A stretch of 64,000 nt of DNA from Chrysomallon squamiferum (lineage: Eukaryota > Animalia > Mollusca): the NCBI GenBank assembly GCA_012295275.1, contig CM022665.1, positions 17,236,001 through 17,300,000 on the forward strand, read 5' to 3'. The notes beneath the pieces were generated by a model that saw nothing but the letters and a program-made list of their open reading frames with translations, made no database searches and was not told the DNA's origin. Shown here one piece after another: positions 25,933-51,854 of this stretch; within the stretch, counting starts at the first letter, position 1, and the number at the start of each line of letters is the position of its first letter. A program made the translations under genes and the position numbers.

Positions 25933-26624
25933 TCGTGTTTCCAAATATAACGGTTTTCATCCACGGTTTATGACGTGCATTTAAAAGTATGACAAGACTG
26001 TATAGTTTTCATAAATTATAGATTTTAAAACAGACATATATAATGTGTATATGAAGGAGTAGTGCGTGTGTTTGTCAGTGCGTATGTATTTCGTTGTATA
26101 TAGTTCACAAACATTTATTTCATCTCGGGGTAGATTTAATAATATTATTATGTATTTTGATATTTATTTCTAAGCTAATTATATAGAAGTTCAATAACCA
26201 TATAAAAATGGTAATAAATTATTATTTTTATAGTAAAAGATTTTATCAAAATTATAGATTATTTATATATTAGACTTTATTCAGTAAACTATATAAAATT
26301 ATATAACTTTAAAATAGTATCTAGTAATTAACTGAATGAAACTAATGGTTTGCTTTCTGTTATTAACTTCATTAATTCATTCTAAAACCGTTTTAACGCA
26401 TCTACATGCCATATTATTTTAAAACGTAGAAATGTCTGTACAAAACATTAATTTGTTTAGTGAAAGACGAGTAATTGCGGTTACGATAAGCTTTATTATA
26501 AGTTCATTTTTATATCTGTTAGGGTTTTAATAAAATTTGTATTTTAAACATAAACTTAATTTTCACTTACTTTCATTTGAGTATCTCTGCCGTATCCGGC
26601 CTTGAACGCTCTTAGTCCGGACAT
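8156..26624 (-). CDS. calponin/transgelin (myophilin, MP20-like) actin-binding protein, isoform using distal exon 1a, 210 aa
   Basis: Exons: 26624-26571 ([18 protein letters not shown]), 12359-12205 ([23 protein letters not shown]...[12 protein letters not shown]), 10775-10541 (AINVCLPD...[26 protein letters not shown]), 8344-8156 (...[41 protein letters not shown]). All junctions are GT-AG with consistent phases (0,2,0), total 633 nt. CH-domain motifs (LRDG.LLC, VFQT.DLYE-like) and the calponin repeat ([16 protein letters not shown]) are present. Confidence 0.93.
10300..10500. repeat. minisatellite, ~24 bp (AAACTCACAAACTGACGCATTCTC)
   Basis: About 6 degenerate copies just inside calponin intron 3. 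Confidence 0.7.
10910..11230. mobile_element. Tc1/mariner-pogo type MITE in calponin intron 2
   Basis: 23-bp TIRs CAGGTACCGGATCAATTACCCGG / CCGGGTAATTGGTCTGGTATCTG, TA on the left flank, repeated subterminal TCCGGAT(T/A)T motifs, CpG-rich interior. Confidence 0.75.
11290..11535 (+). mobile_element. highly decayed tRNA-type SINE relic
   Basis: B-box-like GTTCGATT at ~11312, followed by segments weakly similar to the inverted element at 24.8-25.1 kb. Family resemblance is from recollection of gastropod SINEs and is unverified. Confidence 0.3.
11860..12215. repeat. ~42-bp minisatellite overlapping the calponin exon 2 splice donor
   Basis: Unit AAATCTTTATCTATATGTTACAAACAAAACCTACTTGCA; the last unit contains the real donor at 12204/12205. 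Confidence 0.85.
14045..14190. repeat. (TACA)n microsatellite
   Basis: Tetranucleotide run with TA interruptions. Confidence 0.95.
16794..16913 (-). CDS. alternative first coding exon (1b) of the calponin/myophilin gene
   Basis: Encodes (MDTLVCKG)([11 protein letters not shown])[21 protein letters not shown] and ends AAG|GTAACC in phase 0. Clearly paralogous to exon 1a ([15 protein letters not shown]). In-frame ATGs at 16913, 16889 and 16856; GC box GGGGCGG at 16941-16947. Confidence 0.85.
17205..17352. repeat. (TTTAA)n-(TTTA)n compound microsatellite
   Basis: Directly visible. Confidence 0.95.
18790..19045. repeat. ~106-bp tandem repeat, ~2.5 copies
   Basis: GCCAAAACTA recurs at ~18800, ~18906 and ~19013; TAAATCAGTTCTGTCC recurs twice. 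Confidence 0.8.
20480..20579. repeat. (TC)n-(TA)n-(GA)n compound microsatellite
   Basis: Directly visible. Confidence 0.95.
22000..22078. repeat. (GA)n microsatellite followed by a degenerate (CA/TACA) tract to ~22470
   Basis: Directly visible. Confidence 0.95.
24660..24787. repeat. (CATG)/(CATC)/(CATA) compound tetranucleotide repeat
   Basis: Directly visible. Confidence 0.95.
24810..25130 (-). mobile_element. decayed tRNA-type SINE relic
   Basis: The minus strand shows a B-box-like GGATCGATTC (~25071-25081) and a downstream TCAAAAGTCATGG...GTATATGAAAGACCCC segment resembling gastropod SINE bodies (recollection, unverified). Confidence 0.35.
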
Positions 26625-26729
26625 TTTTACCAATCCAACTTTTGAACCTGCCCTTAGAAAACGGTGGAAAGTCTGCTTCCAGGTTCCTACTGTTAGATAA
26701 ACTTAAAAGATTGCCCGTATCGGGTTTCC

Positions 26730-26800
26730 AGCTCGCGCCATTCGCGTGCACTAATTTAAATATCATGTGACGTCTTCAAATATTTCCATTGGCTGTTTAG
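26730..26800 (-). promoter_or_regulatory. promoter of calponin exon 1a
   Basis: CCAAT (minus strand, ~26788-26792), CRE-like TGACGTC (~26768), TATA-like ATATTTAAA (~26755-26763), in a CpG-rich patch 110-170 bp upstream of the ATG at 26624. Confidence 0.55.
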
Positions 26801-27867
26801 TGATTCACCGGTCTTGAAGCTAGATTGTCTGTGTACGGCTAAAGCCATCGCCAAGTTTGGTCAGCCTTAGTACGAGTGATTTCTTAAACGAGAACATTCT
26901 TTTGTGCAAGATTTTTAGCACAAACAATTTGAGAAAAGTGCGGTTTTCAATTATGTATATATAACTACTAGCAAGCTATTTTGAGAATGAACTCAGCAAA
27001 ATTGGAACTACCTTTCACAAGTGTTTTATTATCAAGCCTGCTTATAAAAATATTGTTTTTCTAAAATTTCTTTTGTAAGTAAAAACTTCAGATTCAAATT
27101 CACTGTTTGGTCATTTGTAAACTGACATAATTTCAGAAGAGAAAATACTCGTTTGTGGTTAAAACAGCTGTTACAAACTTGGCCAAATTATAGTCCACTC
27201 TTTCAGTTTGTTTCGTTGCCACTTGTTTCAGAAATTGTTTATCATTTTTCTTTGACGTCATCATGCCAAACCTAAAAGATATAGTGTGCAATTTAGTCGA
27301 GAAATGTATGGTTTTGTTGATAAGTGTTAAGCATGTTTAATATTAGAAAATAATTGTGATTAAAAGTTTGCAACAAAGAAAACAATGTCTGACGAAGAAA
27401 AATAGTAATTCATATTTAACCTCTCTATACATACATACATACATACATATATACATACAAACATACATACTACATATATATACATTTTTGTGCATTTTTC
27501 AAAATTAAAACAAAAACATTTGTCAAACGAATTTTTATACAAGATTTTTACATACAAATATAATGAAGTATTCGCTGTTTTGATCTCATTCAAATAAGAC
27601 AGACATATCTCCGCCTTTTTCGTATCTTGAGCACATAAGTTAGAAATTATTGTACATATTTTATAAATTCATAGAAGCTGTATTTTATATAATGTAGTTA
27701 TGTGCATACAGGAGTAGGCTGAAGCTACAGGTTGAACTCTAGGTCGTGGGATCAAGCCTCAAAGTTTATGGTAAGAGACATAGCTACTGTATAGCCTTCA
27801 TTGGCATTCTCAAAAACAAACACAAATAGAAACATACACACATCCGTACATGCATACATGCATACAA

Positions 27868-27916
<49 letters not shown>

Positions 27917-28789
27917 TACAATATATACAAACATACATTTATACTTACATACATGCAGATAAATATGCATACATACATGCATTTGCACACAAACATACAC
28001 AATCAATGATTAGATGTTTTGAAATAATAAATATAAATAAAAATTGTCTGTTGCCAATGAAAGTAATTATTTATACTTGATTTACATCTATTTCCACGGT
28101 GTGAAGAAAACAATAAATTATTTTAGCAGATGGTACGAACGTCAAATATCTCAGATAATCTAAGACTTTCCGGAATTTTAGAATATTATTGCAAATTTAT
28201 TCATTTCAACCTATATCGTAATCTATTCGTTACATGTTGCGCTTAAACTTATTTTTTTCTTTATTTTAGTATATTTATTATTATTATTATTATTATTTCA
28301 CATCACCTTGTGATTTACATACGTTTGTATTTATACATAGCATTAATAACGTTTTTTATTTAGTATTATAAAAGTTACAAAATATTATTATTACTTTTTA
28401 TGTTTTTTTACCATTTGAAATTCTAAAGGAACACTTTGCGCAAAATAACCATAATGTTGTTTTACATATATATTACTTTAACACACCACAGGTATAAAGT
28501 ATCCCAAAAAACAAAAGATAAAGCAAAAAATTCATTTCCTTGAAGATATTCACAATTTTTTTCTCCCTATTATCACTATGACAACACAAGTAAAACATAT
28601 TCAAAGCTTTGAATGTTTTAGATAATGCTGCCGTGCTGAGTTCACGATCTTGAAAACTTGGCATTCCACCATTGTAACTTTTCTGGAAACTGTAAAATCT
28701 CTGTTGTCAGCATTACTATATTTAAAGATAGTGAACACGCAAGAAAGAGAAAAACTGTTTTACCAACACACAAGCCTTAACGTAGCTTT

Positions 28790-29200
28790 TAGCAAAGTAT
28801 TTTGTCATAATAAAAACTGTGAAGAAAAATATATGATTTAATGTATGATGAAGGTTAGTTGATGATAAAATAAAATCTACCGTTTTACTGACCGGTTTTG
28901 TTGTAATAATAAATGTAAAGAAAGATAATTTTATAATGATTCAACAGAAGGTAACCTGATGATGAAATAAAAACAACGTTTTACTGATACACAAACTTAA
29001 TGTAGGTTATTTTAACAAAATATTTTGTCACAGTAATATATATAAAGAAAGATACTTTTATATGATTTGAAAGACGGTATATGGATAATGAAATAATAAG
29101 TATGTTTTACTGACGGACAAACGTAGGTTGTTTTAACAATATATTTTGTCATAATAATAAATGTACAGAAAGACATATGATTTAACAGAATGTGGTGATG
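28790..29200. repeat. degenerate ~100-125 bp tandem repeat, ~4 copies
   Basis: GTTTTACTGA and ATTTTGTCATAATAATAAATGTA..GAAAGA recur. Confidence 0.75.
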
Positions 29201-29284
29201 ATCGTCATGATTATAAGGATGAATACCATGTTTATAACAGCAACAATAAAAAAAAAAACCAACAAGTCTAATTACTGCCACATG

Positions 29285-31700
29285 TTTCTTTCTGCCTTGT
29301 CTTATTGTTCTTTCTTCTTACTCGACATTCTTTTTTTTTCCTTTTTCTTCTGTCTTCATATTCTTAATTCTTCTTTCTTCTTACTTTTCTCTCTTCTTTT
29401 TCTTCTGTCTTCATATTCTTAATTCTTCTTTCTTCTTACTCTTCTCTCTTCTTTTTCTTCTGTCTTCATATTCTTAATTCTTCTTTCTTCTTACTCTTCT
29501 CTCTTCTTTCTTCTGTCTTCATTTTCTTAATTCTTCTTTCTTCTTACTCTTTTTCTTCTTTTTTTCTTCTGTCATTTTTCATTCTTCTTTTTCTTAATTC
29601 TTCTTTCATATTCTTAATTCTTCTTTCTTCTTCTTCTTCTCTCTTCTTTCTTCTTGTCTTCATTTTCTTAATTCTTCTTTCTTCTTTTTCTTCTGTCTTC
29701 ATTTTTCTTAATTCTTCTTTCTTCTTTCTTCTCTTCTTTCTTCTTTCTTTCATATTCTTAATTCTTCTTTCTTCTTTTCTTCTTTCTTTCTCTTCTTTCT
29801 TCTTCTGTCATTCTTTTTCTTAATTCTTCTTTTTCTTCTTTCTTCTTCTTTTCTTTCTTCTTCTGTCTTCATTTTCTTAATTCTTCTTTTTTTTTCTTTT
29901 CTTCTGTCTTCTGTCTTCATTTTCTTAATTCTTCTTTTCTTCTTTCTTCTCTTCTTCTGTCTTCATATTCTTAATTCTTCTTTCTTCTCTTCTCTCTTCT
30001 TTCTTTTCTTCTTTCTTCTTTTCTTCTTTCTTAATTCTTCTTTCTTCTTTTCTTTCTTCTGTCTTCTTATTCTTAATTCTTCTTTTCTTCTTTCTTTTTC
30101 TTCTGTCTTCATATTCTTAATTCTTCTTTCTTCTTCTTCTCTTCTTCTTTCTTCTTCTGTCTTCATTTTCTTAATTCTTCTTTCTTCTTCTTTTTCTTCT
30201 CTTCTTCATTTTCTTAATTCTTCTTTCTTCTTTTCTTCTTCTTCTTTTCTTTCTTTTCTTTCTTTTTTTCTTAATTCTTCTTTCTTCTTCTCTTCTTTCT
30301 TCTTTTCTTCTGTCTTCTTCTTCTCTTCTTTCTTCTTCTGTCTTCTTATTCTTAATTCTTCTTTCTTCTTTTCTCTTTTTCTTTCTTCTTTCTTCTTCTT
30401 CTTTCTTTTTTCTTCTTCATATTCTTCTTCTCTTCTTCTTCTCTCTTCTTCTTAATTCTTCTTTCTTCTTTTTCTTCTTCTGTCTCTTCTTTTTCTTCTG
30501 TCTTCATATTCTTAATTCTTCTTTTTCTTCTTTCTTCTTCTTCTTCTTCTTCTTCTGTCTTCATATTCTTAATTCTTCTTTCTTCTTAATTCTTCTTTCT
30601 TCTTTCTCTTCTTCTTCTGTCTTCATATTCTTAATTCTTCTTTCTTCTTCTCTTCTCTCTTCTGTCTTCATATTCTTAATTCTTCTTTCTTCTTCTCTTC
30701 TTTCTTCTGTCTTCATATTCTTAATTCTTCTTTCTTCTTACTCTTCTCTCTTCTGTCTTCATATTCTTAATTCTTCTTCTTTCTTCTTCTCTTCTCTCTT
30801 CTGTCTTCATATTCTTAATTCTTCTTTTTCTTCTTACTCTTCTTTCTTCTTCTGTCATATTCTTCTTCTTTCTTCTTTCTTCTTTGTCTTCATTTTCTTT
30901 CTTCTTTTTCTTTTTCTTCTCTTCATATTCTTAATTCTTCTTTCTTCTTCTTTCTTCTTACTTTCTTCTCTTCTTCTTTTTCTTCTGTCTCTTCATTTTC
31001 TTAATCCTTCTTTCTTTCTTCTTTCTCTTTCTCTTCTTTTTTCTTCTGTCTTCATTCTTCTTTCTTAATTCTTCTTTCTTCTTTATTCTTAATTCTTCTT
31101 TCTTCTTACTCTTCTCTCTTCTTTTTCTTCTGTCTTCATTTTCTTAATTCTTCTTTCTTCTTACTCTTCTCTCTTCTTTTTTTTGTTTCTTCTTTTCTTC
31201 TGCCTTCTCTTCTAATTCTTCTTCTTCTTTTCTTCTCTCTTCTTTCTTCTTCTTCATATTCTTAATTCTTCTTTTTTCTTCTGTCTTCATTTTCTTAATT
31301 CTTCTTTCTTCTTTTTCTTTCTTGTTCGTCTTCTTCTTCTTTTTTTTTTCTTTTTTTTCTTGTTCTTCTCTCTGGTATCTTCTTATTATTCGTTCTTTAA
31401 TTTCATTTTATTTTTTATTTTATTTATTTATTATTCTTTATCTTTTTTATTTTTTATTTTTCTGTCTTCTTTCTTCTTTTTCTTCAATCTTCTTTCTTCT
31501 TATTCTTTCTTTTTTCCTTTTTGTTCTTCTGTCTGCTGTCTTCTTATTTTTCCTTCTTCATTATCCTTATTCTTCTCTCTTTTTATTTAAAAATCTTCAA
31601 TCTATTTATTGTTTTCTTCATATTCCTTATTTTTCTTATACTTCTGTCGTCTCTCTTCTTATTCGTCAGTCTGCCTTATTCTTACTCTTCATTTTTTATT
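29285..31700. repeat. ~2.4 kb pyrimidine-rich satellite, ~55-bp unit TTCTGTCTTCATATTCTTAATTCTTCTTTCTTCTTACTCTTCTCTCTTCTTTTTC
   Basis: Dozens of copies of CTTAATTCTTC on a strand that is almost entirely C/T. The K/E/R-rich minus-strand ORFs are by-products. Confidence 0.95.
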
Positions 31701-32249
31701 TATTTATTTAGTTATTATTATATTTTGTTTTGTGCAAATCGGATTGCTGTTTCACATCACAGAGAAAACATTGCGAAACATTTCGAATAACATAGCGATT
31801 TTTACCGAACAGTATCAAACTGAATTAAGTATTTATTACTATTTTATTCTAAATGTGTTCAAAATTCTTACCAAAATAGTATATTTTGCTAAAATTGTAT
31901 ACATGCATATTCGCATTCATATATGTTATGAGAAAACAAAAATAAAATAAAATAAAATTAATTAATTAAATTAAAAATAAAATAATTAAAAATAAAAATA
32001 AACAAATAATCTTTGTTTGCGAATACACTGTAATTTCATAACTATTTGAAAAAATACATTGATTAAACTTGATTCTGCCATTTTTATGACATTTTATATT
32101 GTTTATTAATAGTTATATTAAAAATAAACTAGTCAAATGTAACCATCTCACAGCTATTTATAAATAGAGCAGCCTCGTTTTCACAGTTTGTGATAGAGGT
32201 CGTCTCAGCTTCAAAGAACTCGCGTGTAAAAGAAAACACAAAAATAAGA

Positions 32250-32300
32250 GATTGCGGGAAATAGGAAGTGTTAGGAACAATTTCGATTTAATTCAAATTA
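32250..32300 (+). promoter_or_regulatory. ORC3 proximal promoter with E2F site
   Basis: GCGGGAAA (E2F consensus) at 32254-32261, ETS-like AGGAAGTG at 32263-32270 and CHR-like TTCAAA at ~32292, within 55 bp of the ORC3 ATG. Confidence 0.6.
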
Positions 32301-32307
32301 ATTATCA

Positions 32308-45805
<13,498 letters not shown>

Positions 45806-46729
45806 ATTTCATTACTCATTAACTAACCATAACTTGAAACTCATTATCCATGTGTGCTTTAAGCTGGACTGATAATATGGCACTTTTTCAATTCTCTCAT
45901 TTTGAAAACAAAGATAGTTCATTTAGAAAAAACATGCTACCAGCCAAGTGATCCCATCTTGATGTAAGATGATATTAAGGATCTGTCAACCCAGAAAATC
46001 CTTGAATGACCTCATTTCTTGGAATGTATATTAAGGAGCCAAGTCTTTGTCATAATCAAGTTTTTAAACAAAAATGGCTTCCAAATCAGTTTTGGTTACA
46101 CCTCTATGATGTGCATCAAGATACAAGCTGAAATAAATATATATTAAATAACATAATAAAAATGTCTTATTATTATTACTGTTCTTGTTATTTTTCTTAC
46201 TAGTTATTAATATTACATTTTTAAAAGTTCACAAATTAACAAAATTATGTATGAAGAGTTGAGAAATGTTGCAATTAATGAATTTTTAACCACACATTTT
46301 TATTAACAATTTTTGAACAATGAACATTTATTTCATTTATTTAAAAATCAAAATTTACTTTCACCACTTTATTCTTTTACATACATTACCAGCATGGATA
46401 TTGTGTGGGCACCTTTTCATAGATAGTAAAATATATATTGTATTAGATTACATCACATTAATATGATTAGTTAGTAGCACCATGTTCAAACAACATTTTT
46501 GTTTATTTTTGTTTGGCAAACACTTTTTAAACATCAAACATAATGTTATTTCAAAATCACAATTTAACACTGTAATGTTGTTACTGTTATTTATATATTT
46601 ATCCAAGAAATAATAATTTCCCAGGGTCATATACCCAATGTCAAACATTAATTATTTTCTTTGTTTTTGATAGATATTGTTAAAGTGTCTTTACAAGCCA
46701 GTTATGATTGAATTATCTTTTTATTTCAG

Positions 46730-46907
46730 ATTACGAGATGTAATTTATTGTAATATTGACAGTCCTTTGTATGATACCAATACTACAGACTCATTACTTG
46801 TAGAAGATCTACAAAACTTCCCAGACAGCATCAAGGGAAGTCAGGCAACTCTGGCTTGGTTTACAGTCTTTAAACAAACAGAAGAAAAGAGAAGACAAGC
46901 TCTATAA
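46730..46907 (+). CDS. orphan terminal-type coding exon, unassigned
   Basis: Acceptor TTATCTTTTTATTTCAG, then a phase-2 frame open for 58 codons (LRDVIYCNIDSPLYDTNTTDSLLVEDLQNFPDSIKGSQATLAWFTVFKQTEEKRRQAL*), followed by ~3 kb of UTR-like sequence. No family recognised. Confidence 0.4.
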
Positions 46908-49900
46908 AGTAAAATATCTCCCATGATTATGATGTTGACATTCAAAACAACAGGAAAATGATCAGTGAAAAGAAGAAAAAAACTTAATTTCCAGAAATCT
47001 AAGTAACAAATAAACTATTGACATACATTCAGTTAAATGAAAAATGTGTGTTACATTTAACTAAACTAACACAAAGTGAATTAAATGTAGTAATAAAATT
47101 TGACTTAATGTGAACTGAATACAAACTAAACATTATTAGTGTGGACTAGTCTTAAAAGACTGACTTTTTATAAAAACAGTTAACAGTAACTGAATGACTG
47201 AGAACTGAAGTATGTATTATGTCATTTGTTTTATTGTTGAATTATTATTTCTTTTTTTTTTTTTTTTTTTTTTTTTATTCATTTCAATAAAGAAAAGTCT
47301 AATAGAATTTATATTTGATGTTTATCATAATTATGTACAAGTAATATAATATATTATATTAATATTTTTCTAATATTGTTCTGATATGATATTTTACTTT
47401 ACTGAATCAGTAAACATTGGTTGACAAAATTGTTCTGAAAATCTTGATCATTTTTAGGATTTACATTTTCATTATGACTTGTAATCAGATTTAATTTTAA
47501 CATGTGTATTGCTAAGTTATTCCATTTTAGAAATATTGTTTTGCTTGAAGCTTCTTATATCACTTTATATTCGTTATTATAGTTGCTGTTAAATATTTTG
47601 TAATTTCACTACTTTAAATATATTTGAAAATTTACTATCTTAATTTTTTAAAACTTAATTTCATTTATGCACATGTATGTTTTCAAGCTGAATTTGTTGT
47701 TTTGCTGCTTTTTTTAAAATTATTATTATTGTGTTGTTTTACATTTTCTTACTATATTAACAATGTATACAGTGTTGATATCATTTCTTGGGGGAAAAGA
47801 AAGAGAAAAACAAATGTAGATCAACATGAACAAAAATGATTCAGTTTTCTTTTGGACCCTTTTGTGCTGTGTAATATTCATCTACAAGTATGTGTTATTT
47901 TTTCATTGCTAACATCTTTGAAATCTGTGATTAAATTTCAGTACATTTGTATGAAATAAGTCTAATATTTCATTTATATGTATGCAGAGCATAACATTTA
48001 TTTTCGACGTGTTTTTGAAATTTAGAGATGAATCAGTTATTAACCATTAAAAGATTAATATAAATATATATTTTTGTTTTTAAAGATTAGAAAGCAGATT
48101 TTTTAATTTGTTACCTTGTTACAAGGACTTGTTAAATATTGTGTGTTTTACTGCATTTGTTAATGTAACAGTATCTGTTAAACTATGCTGTTTTCTTATT
48201 ACCTTAGCTGTGCTTTGTATGCAGGATACTGTTTATATTTTCTTCTTGCTGGTTGAATATACTGTTATTGGTTTGCTAAATAATGCCAGTCAGATAGAAA
48301 CATATATTCTATATATCAAATGATTTCTGACCTTTGTGTCAATAATCACATAGCTGTAAGATACATGGCTTAAAGAATGTGTGAAATATTGGCTATAAAT
48401 TTATTTGTTAAAATACACCAATCATGGAAAATTACTTGTATTTGTAAAGATTAATCACATAATGATGCTTTTATATATTATATTTTAATGTTAATATTTT
48501 GCTAGATTAGAAAATGTTTTTTTTTTTCAAAACAGATTTGAATTTATTATTTGATTAAAGATGCTTCTATTATGATTGATTTTTTTTTTTACATTTTCTA
48601 AACTCATTTTCTATGTATGCTAACATGTTTTAATCAATGTTATATCTGTTGAAGGAAAACAAAAATTATTTGCAAATATTTTTAGTATTTTACCTTTTTG
48701 CTATGCAAAATTTATATAATCATGTCTTTTTGGATTATACCTTTTTGTATAATTATTTCTATGTTTGTGATTTCCATTTGGCTTTTTATATGAATTGTTT
48801 CTCTTTACATTTAGGCAGAGCTTAAAAGTGTTTTCAGCTGCATTTTGTGCAAGGTTAATTTAATGTGGTAACTGTTTTGAAATTGTTTAGATATGAATTG
48901 AAGACAGTGCAGACTTCATCAAGTAGGTCTACAGTTAAATTAATTAATATAATTTTGATTTTAAATGACTGGAAGCAGTTTTTGTGTTTGTTACATTTTT
49001 GTTGAGTGTAAGAAAAAAACAAAAACATTAAAAAACATTAAAAAAATAAACAAATGAATAAATAAATAAATAAAAAGGAGCAGAAATACAAAATGTTACT
49101 ACTTTTGCTTCCTGTTTGTTTTTGGTGTAATGTCTATCATAGTTTTCATTAGAAGAAATGTTTCGAGGTGAAATCTCTAGTTTTAAAAATGTGTAAATAT
49201 GTTTTAATGTTATATTTGTAGCTATTTTCGATTTTGTTTATGCTACCTTTTATTATGGTTTTCATAAATATCTAAATGATTGCACATCACTGAATGTTTT
49301 GTTTGGTGTCAATGTAACATGTTATTTTCATAGCTTATTTAATGAGTAAAATGCCAATTTCAAACAACTTTTTGAAGCCATGAAAGATTTTACTGAATTA
49401 TTTTTGTGCTTGTTATTTTTTATATATATATATAAAATTATTTTCATGATAAATTTACTTTTTTGTGTTGACTTTACACCCAAAGATGCCTTTTGTTATG
49501 TATTTATTAATTCTTTGCTAGAAACTGTAACAATATGTTTGTAACATCATTTTTAGTAAAAAACCTACGTACTCATGTTGCTCTCAAAAGATGTGTGTTT
49601 GAATTTTTTATTTTATTTTTTTTTCATTTTGATGCTTATTTACTTAAATAAGTGCCAAATAAAATAACTGACTTTAGGTTTGAATAATGAGGATTTATTT
49701 TATATAATAATGCCGATACAGAAGAAAAAAAAATGAAATGCTGATCTCATTTTTTTTTGTGTCATTACATTTTCTAATGTTCTTCAAAATGATTAAGACA
49801 TTTTATACATCAGATGTTTAGATGTACGTGCTTGCTTCTTTAATAAAATTTTGCTTTTATATTATCGGTCTTCATTTGTCTTCATTTGTCATTAAATTTG

Positions 49901-50198
49901 TGATATAATTAACATAATAGTTAGTAAATTATTAGTAAAATGTTCATTAAGTACATTTTAATTAGATGTTAAAAGTAATTTTTAGTTGATGCTGTAAAAT
50001 CAAAGTGAACCCCTAAAACCTACCGCATGTTCATTTGTATTATATTGCTTTGGACCTTTAAATGTTGAAATATGTACTAACAGTTTTACAACAGCAGCAT
50101 CTACTGCTACTATTATTACTAATAATTAAAACACTCCTTATTTATATACACACTGAAACAGAATGGAGAAAAAATAATTTTAAAATGTACTTACACTT

Positions 50199-50779
50199 CA
50201 GTGGAACCTGGGTTACGAATGCCTCTAAGTACAAGTAAATCAGATTATGAACAATGATCTTGGGCAGTTTTTGTCTTGGTTTACGAATAAAATGTCCTGT
50301 GTTATTAACTACAGTGATGCGCCATGACAAGCTTTCTTTTGACGTCGGTTTTGACATCAACATCTAGTTAAGATAAGAAAAGATGCCTTCATCAAAACCG
50401 AGGTAAAAGTAAGGATTATAGGCATGCCCTATAGCAAATATATATCATCAATTTCTATTTTTTCGTTTTACTGAAGGATGCTTTTGACATCAGTCTTCTG
50501 TACGCAGTTGCAGCTCAATACCTTTTGCATTGAGATTGTGCACTGACATGTTTTAAAGTTTTTAAAGTTTTGCTTATTTTATGTGTAGGTTTTATTATGG
50601 TGCCCAAGAAAACAAAAACTGAAAGTGATAATGCTGGTGGAAAGTATAAATGTATCACAGAAATAACTGAAAAACGTGAGAGCAGCATTCATGCGTCTGA
50701 CATTGCTTCAGTTTACATACAGTTCAGTTTATGAACCAAGTTCTGGAATGAATTAAGTTCGTAACCGGAGATTCCACAG
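50199..50779 (+). mobile_element. internally deleted Tigger/pogo DNA transposon
   Basis: TIRs CAGTGGAACCTGGGTTACGAA / TTCGTAACCGGAGATTCCACAG followed by TA. An internal remnant at ~50597-50715 reads MVPKKTKTESDNAGGKYKCITEITEKRESSIHASDIASV, resembling a Tigger transposase N-terminal HTH start. Confidence 0.75.
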
Positions 50780-51854
50780 TATTCTATTTGAACTGACTTA
50801 TGTTATCCAGACTTGCAATCTTATTCACATAAAAACATAAAACAGTACTTAATCTGATTATTGCCAATATGCTATTGTTAAATACAATCAACTCTAAATT
50901 TTAATTTAAGAAAATAATCATAGTACAAACCAAAACTCTCATAAGTTTAATTTAAAAATTATAAAAATAGAAGAAGAAAAAACATTCACACTTGCAAGCC
51001 TAGATTTCATGACAAATTTACTCATATTGATTTGAAAGTCAAACTATAGTTTAAATATTTCAAGGGAAATTACAGCAGTAGGACAGTGGTGTGCCCAAGG
51101 ATATTTCATCAGTTCTCTCTGAATTCTTGTTTAACAGGCTTAATTATGATATAAGAAAATAAACATAATAATAACAATAATAATAAAAATTCAGTTTATA
51201 TACTACACTCAAGCATCTTTATAATGCCAACATTAATGTTCAAGAATATATTTATGGGATAATTTCTACTGAATAGGCTTGTAGCTTCATTTTAAATTAG
51301 TCAAGATATTTAATTAATATAGAATAATAGATAAATAATGGTGGAAGTAGGCCAACTGCATCTTGGAAAAGTTATAATTTCGAATATTTTATTAGATTTG
51401 CAAATAGAACAAAAATAATTTGGTTGTTTTAATAATTAGTTTTACCTAACTTATTTCAGACTTAAGTACAGATGGATAAAGTCAGATTTTATTACATATA
51501 AAATATGATTTAATTGTAAAAATAGTATAGTAAAGTTACTGACATTAGCAGAAATCTTAATTTAAAATTTAATAATTGCATTTGTAAATCATAGAATGTC
51601 AGAAGAAGAACAATTATAGACTCTGCATGATATTTTATTGTTTCACTTCCCATTGTATTTGTTCAGGGCTGAAAATAAATATTTGCTTAAGTAATCTGAT
51701 CAGAACAGTATTATTAATATTTCATTCCTTTTCACCAGAATGAATCATTAATTTATAAAGAACTTTAAACATAATGATTAAATATTTATTAAAATATAAA
51801 AGAAATACTTAAAATCTCTGTTCTTGTTTACTTAAAGACTAGACTGAGCAACTG

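Noticed and set aside
29544-30564. K/E/R-rich minus-strand ORFs
   Set aside because: Translations of the CT satellite, with frequent frameshifts and no splice context.
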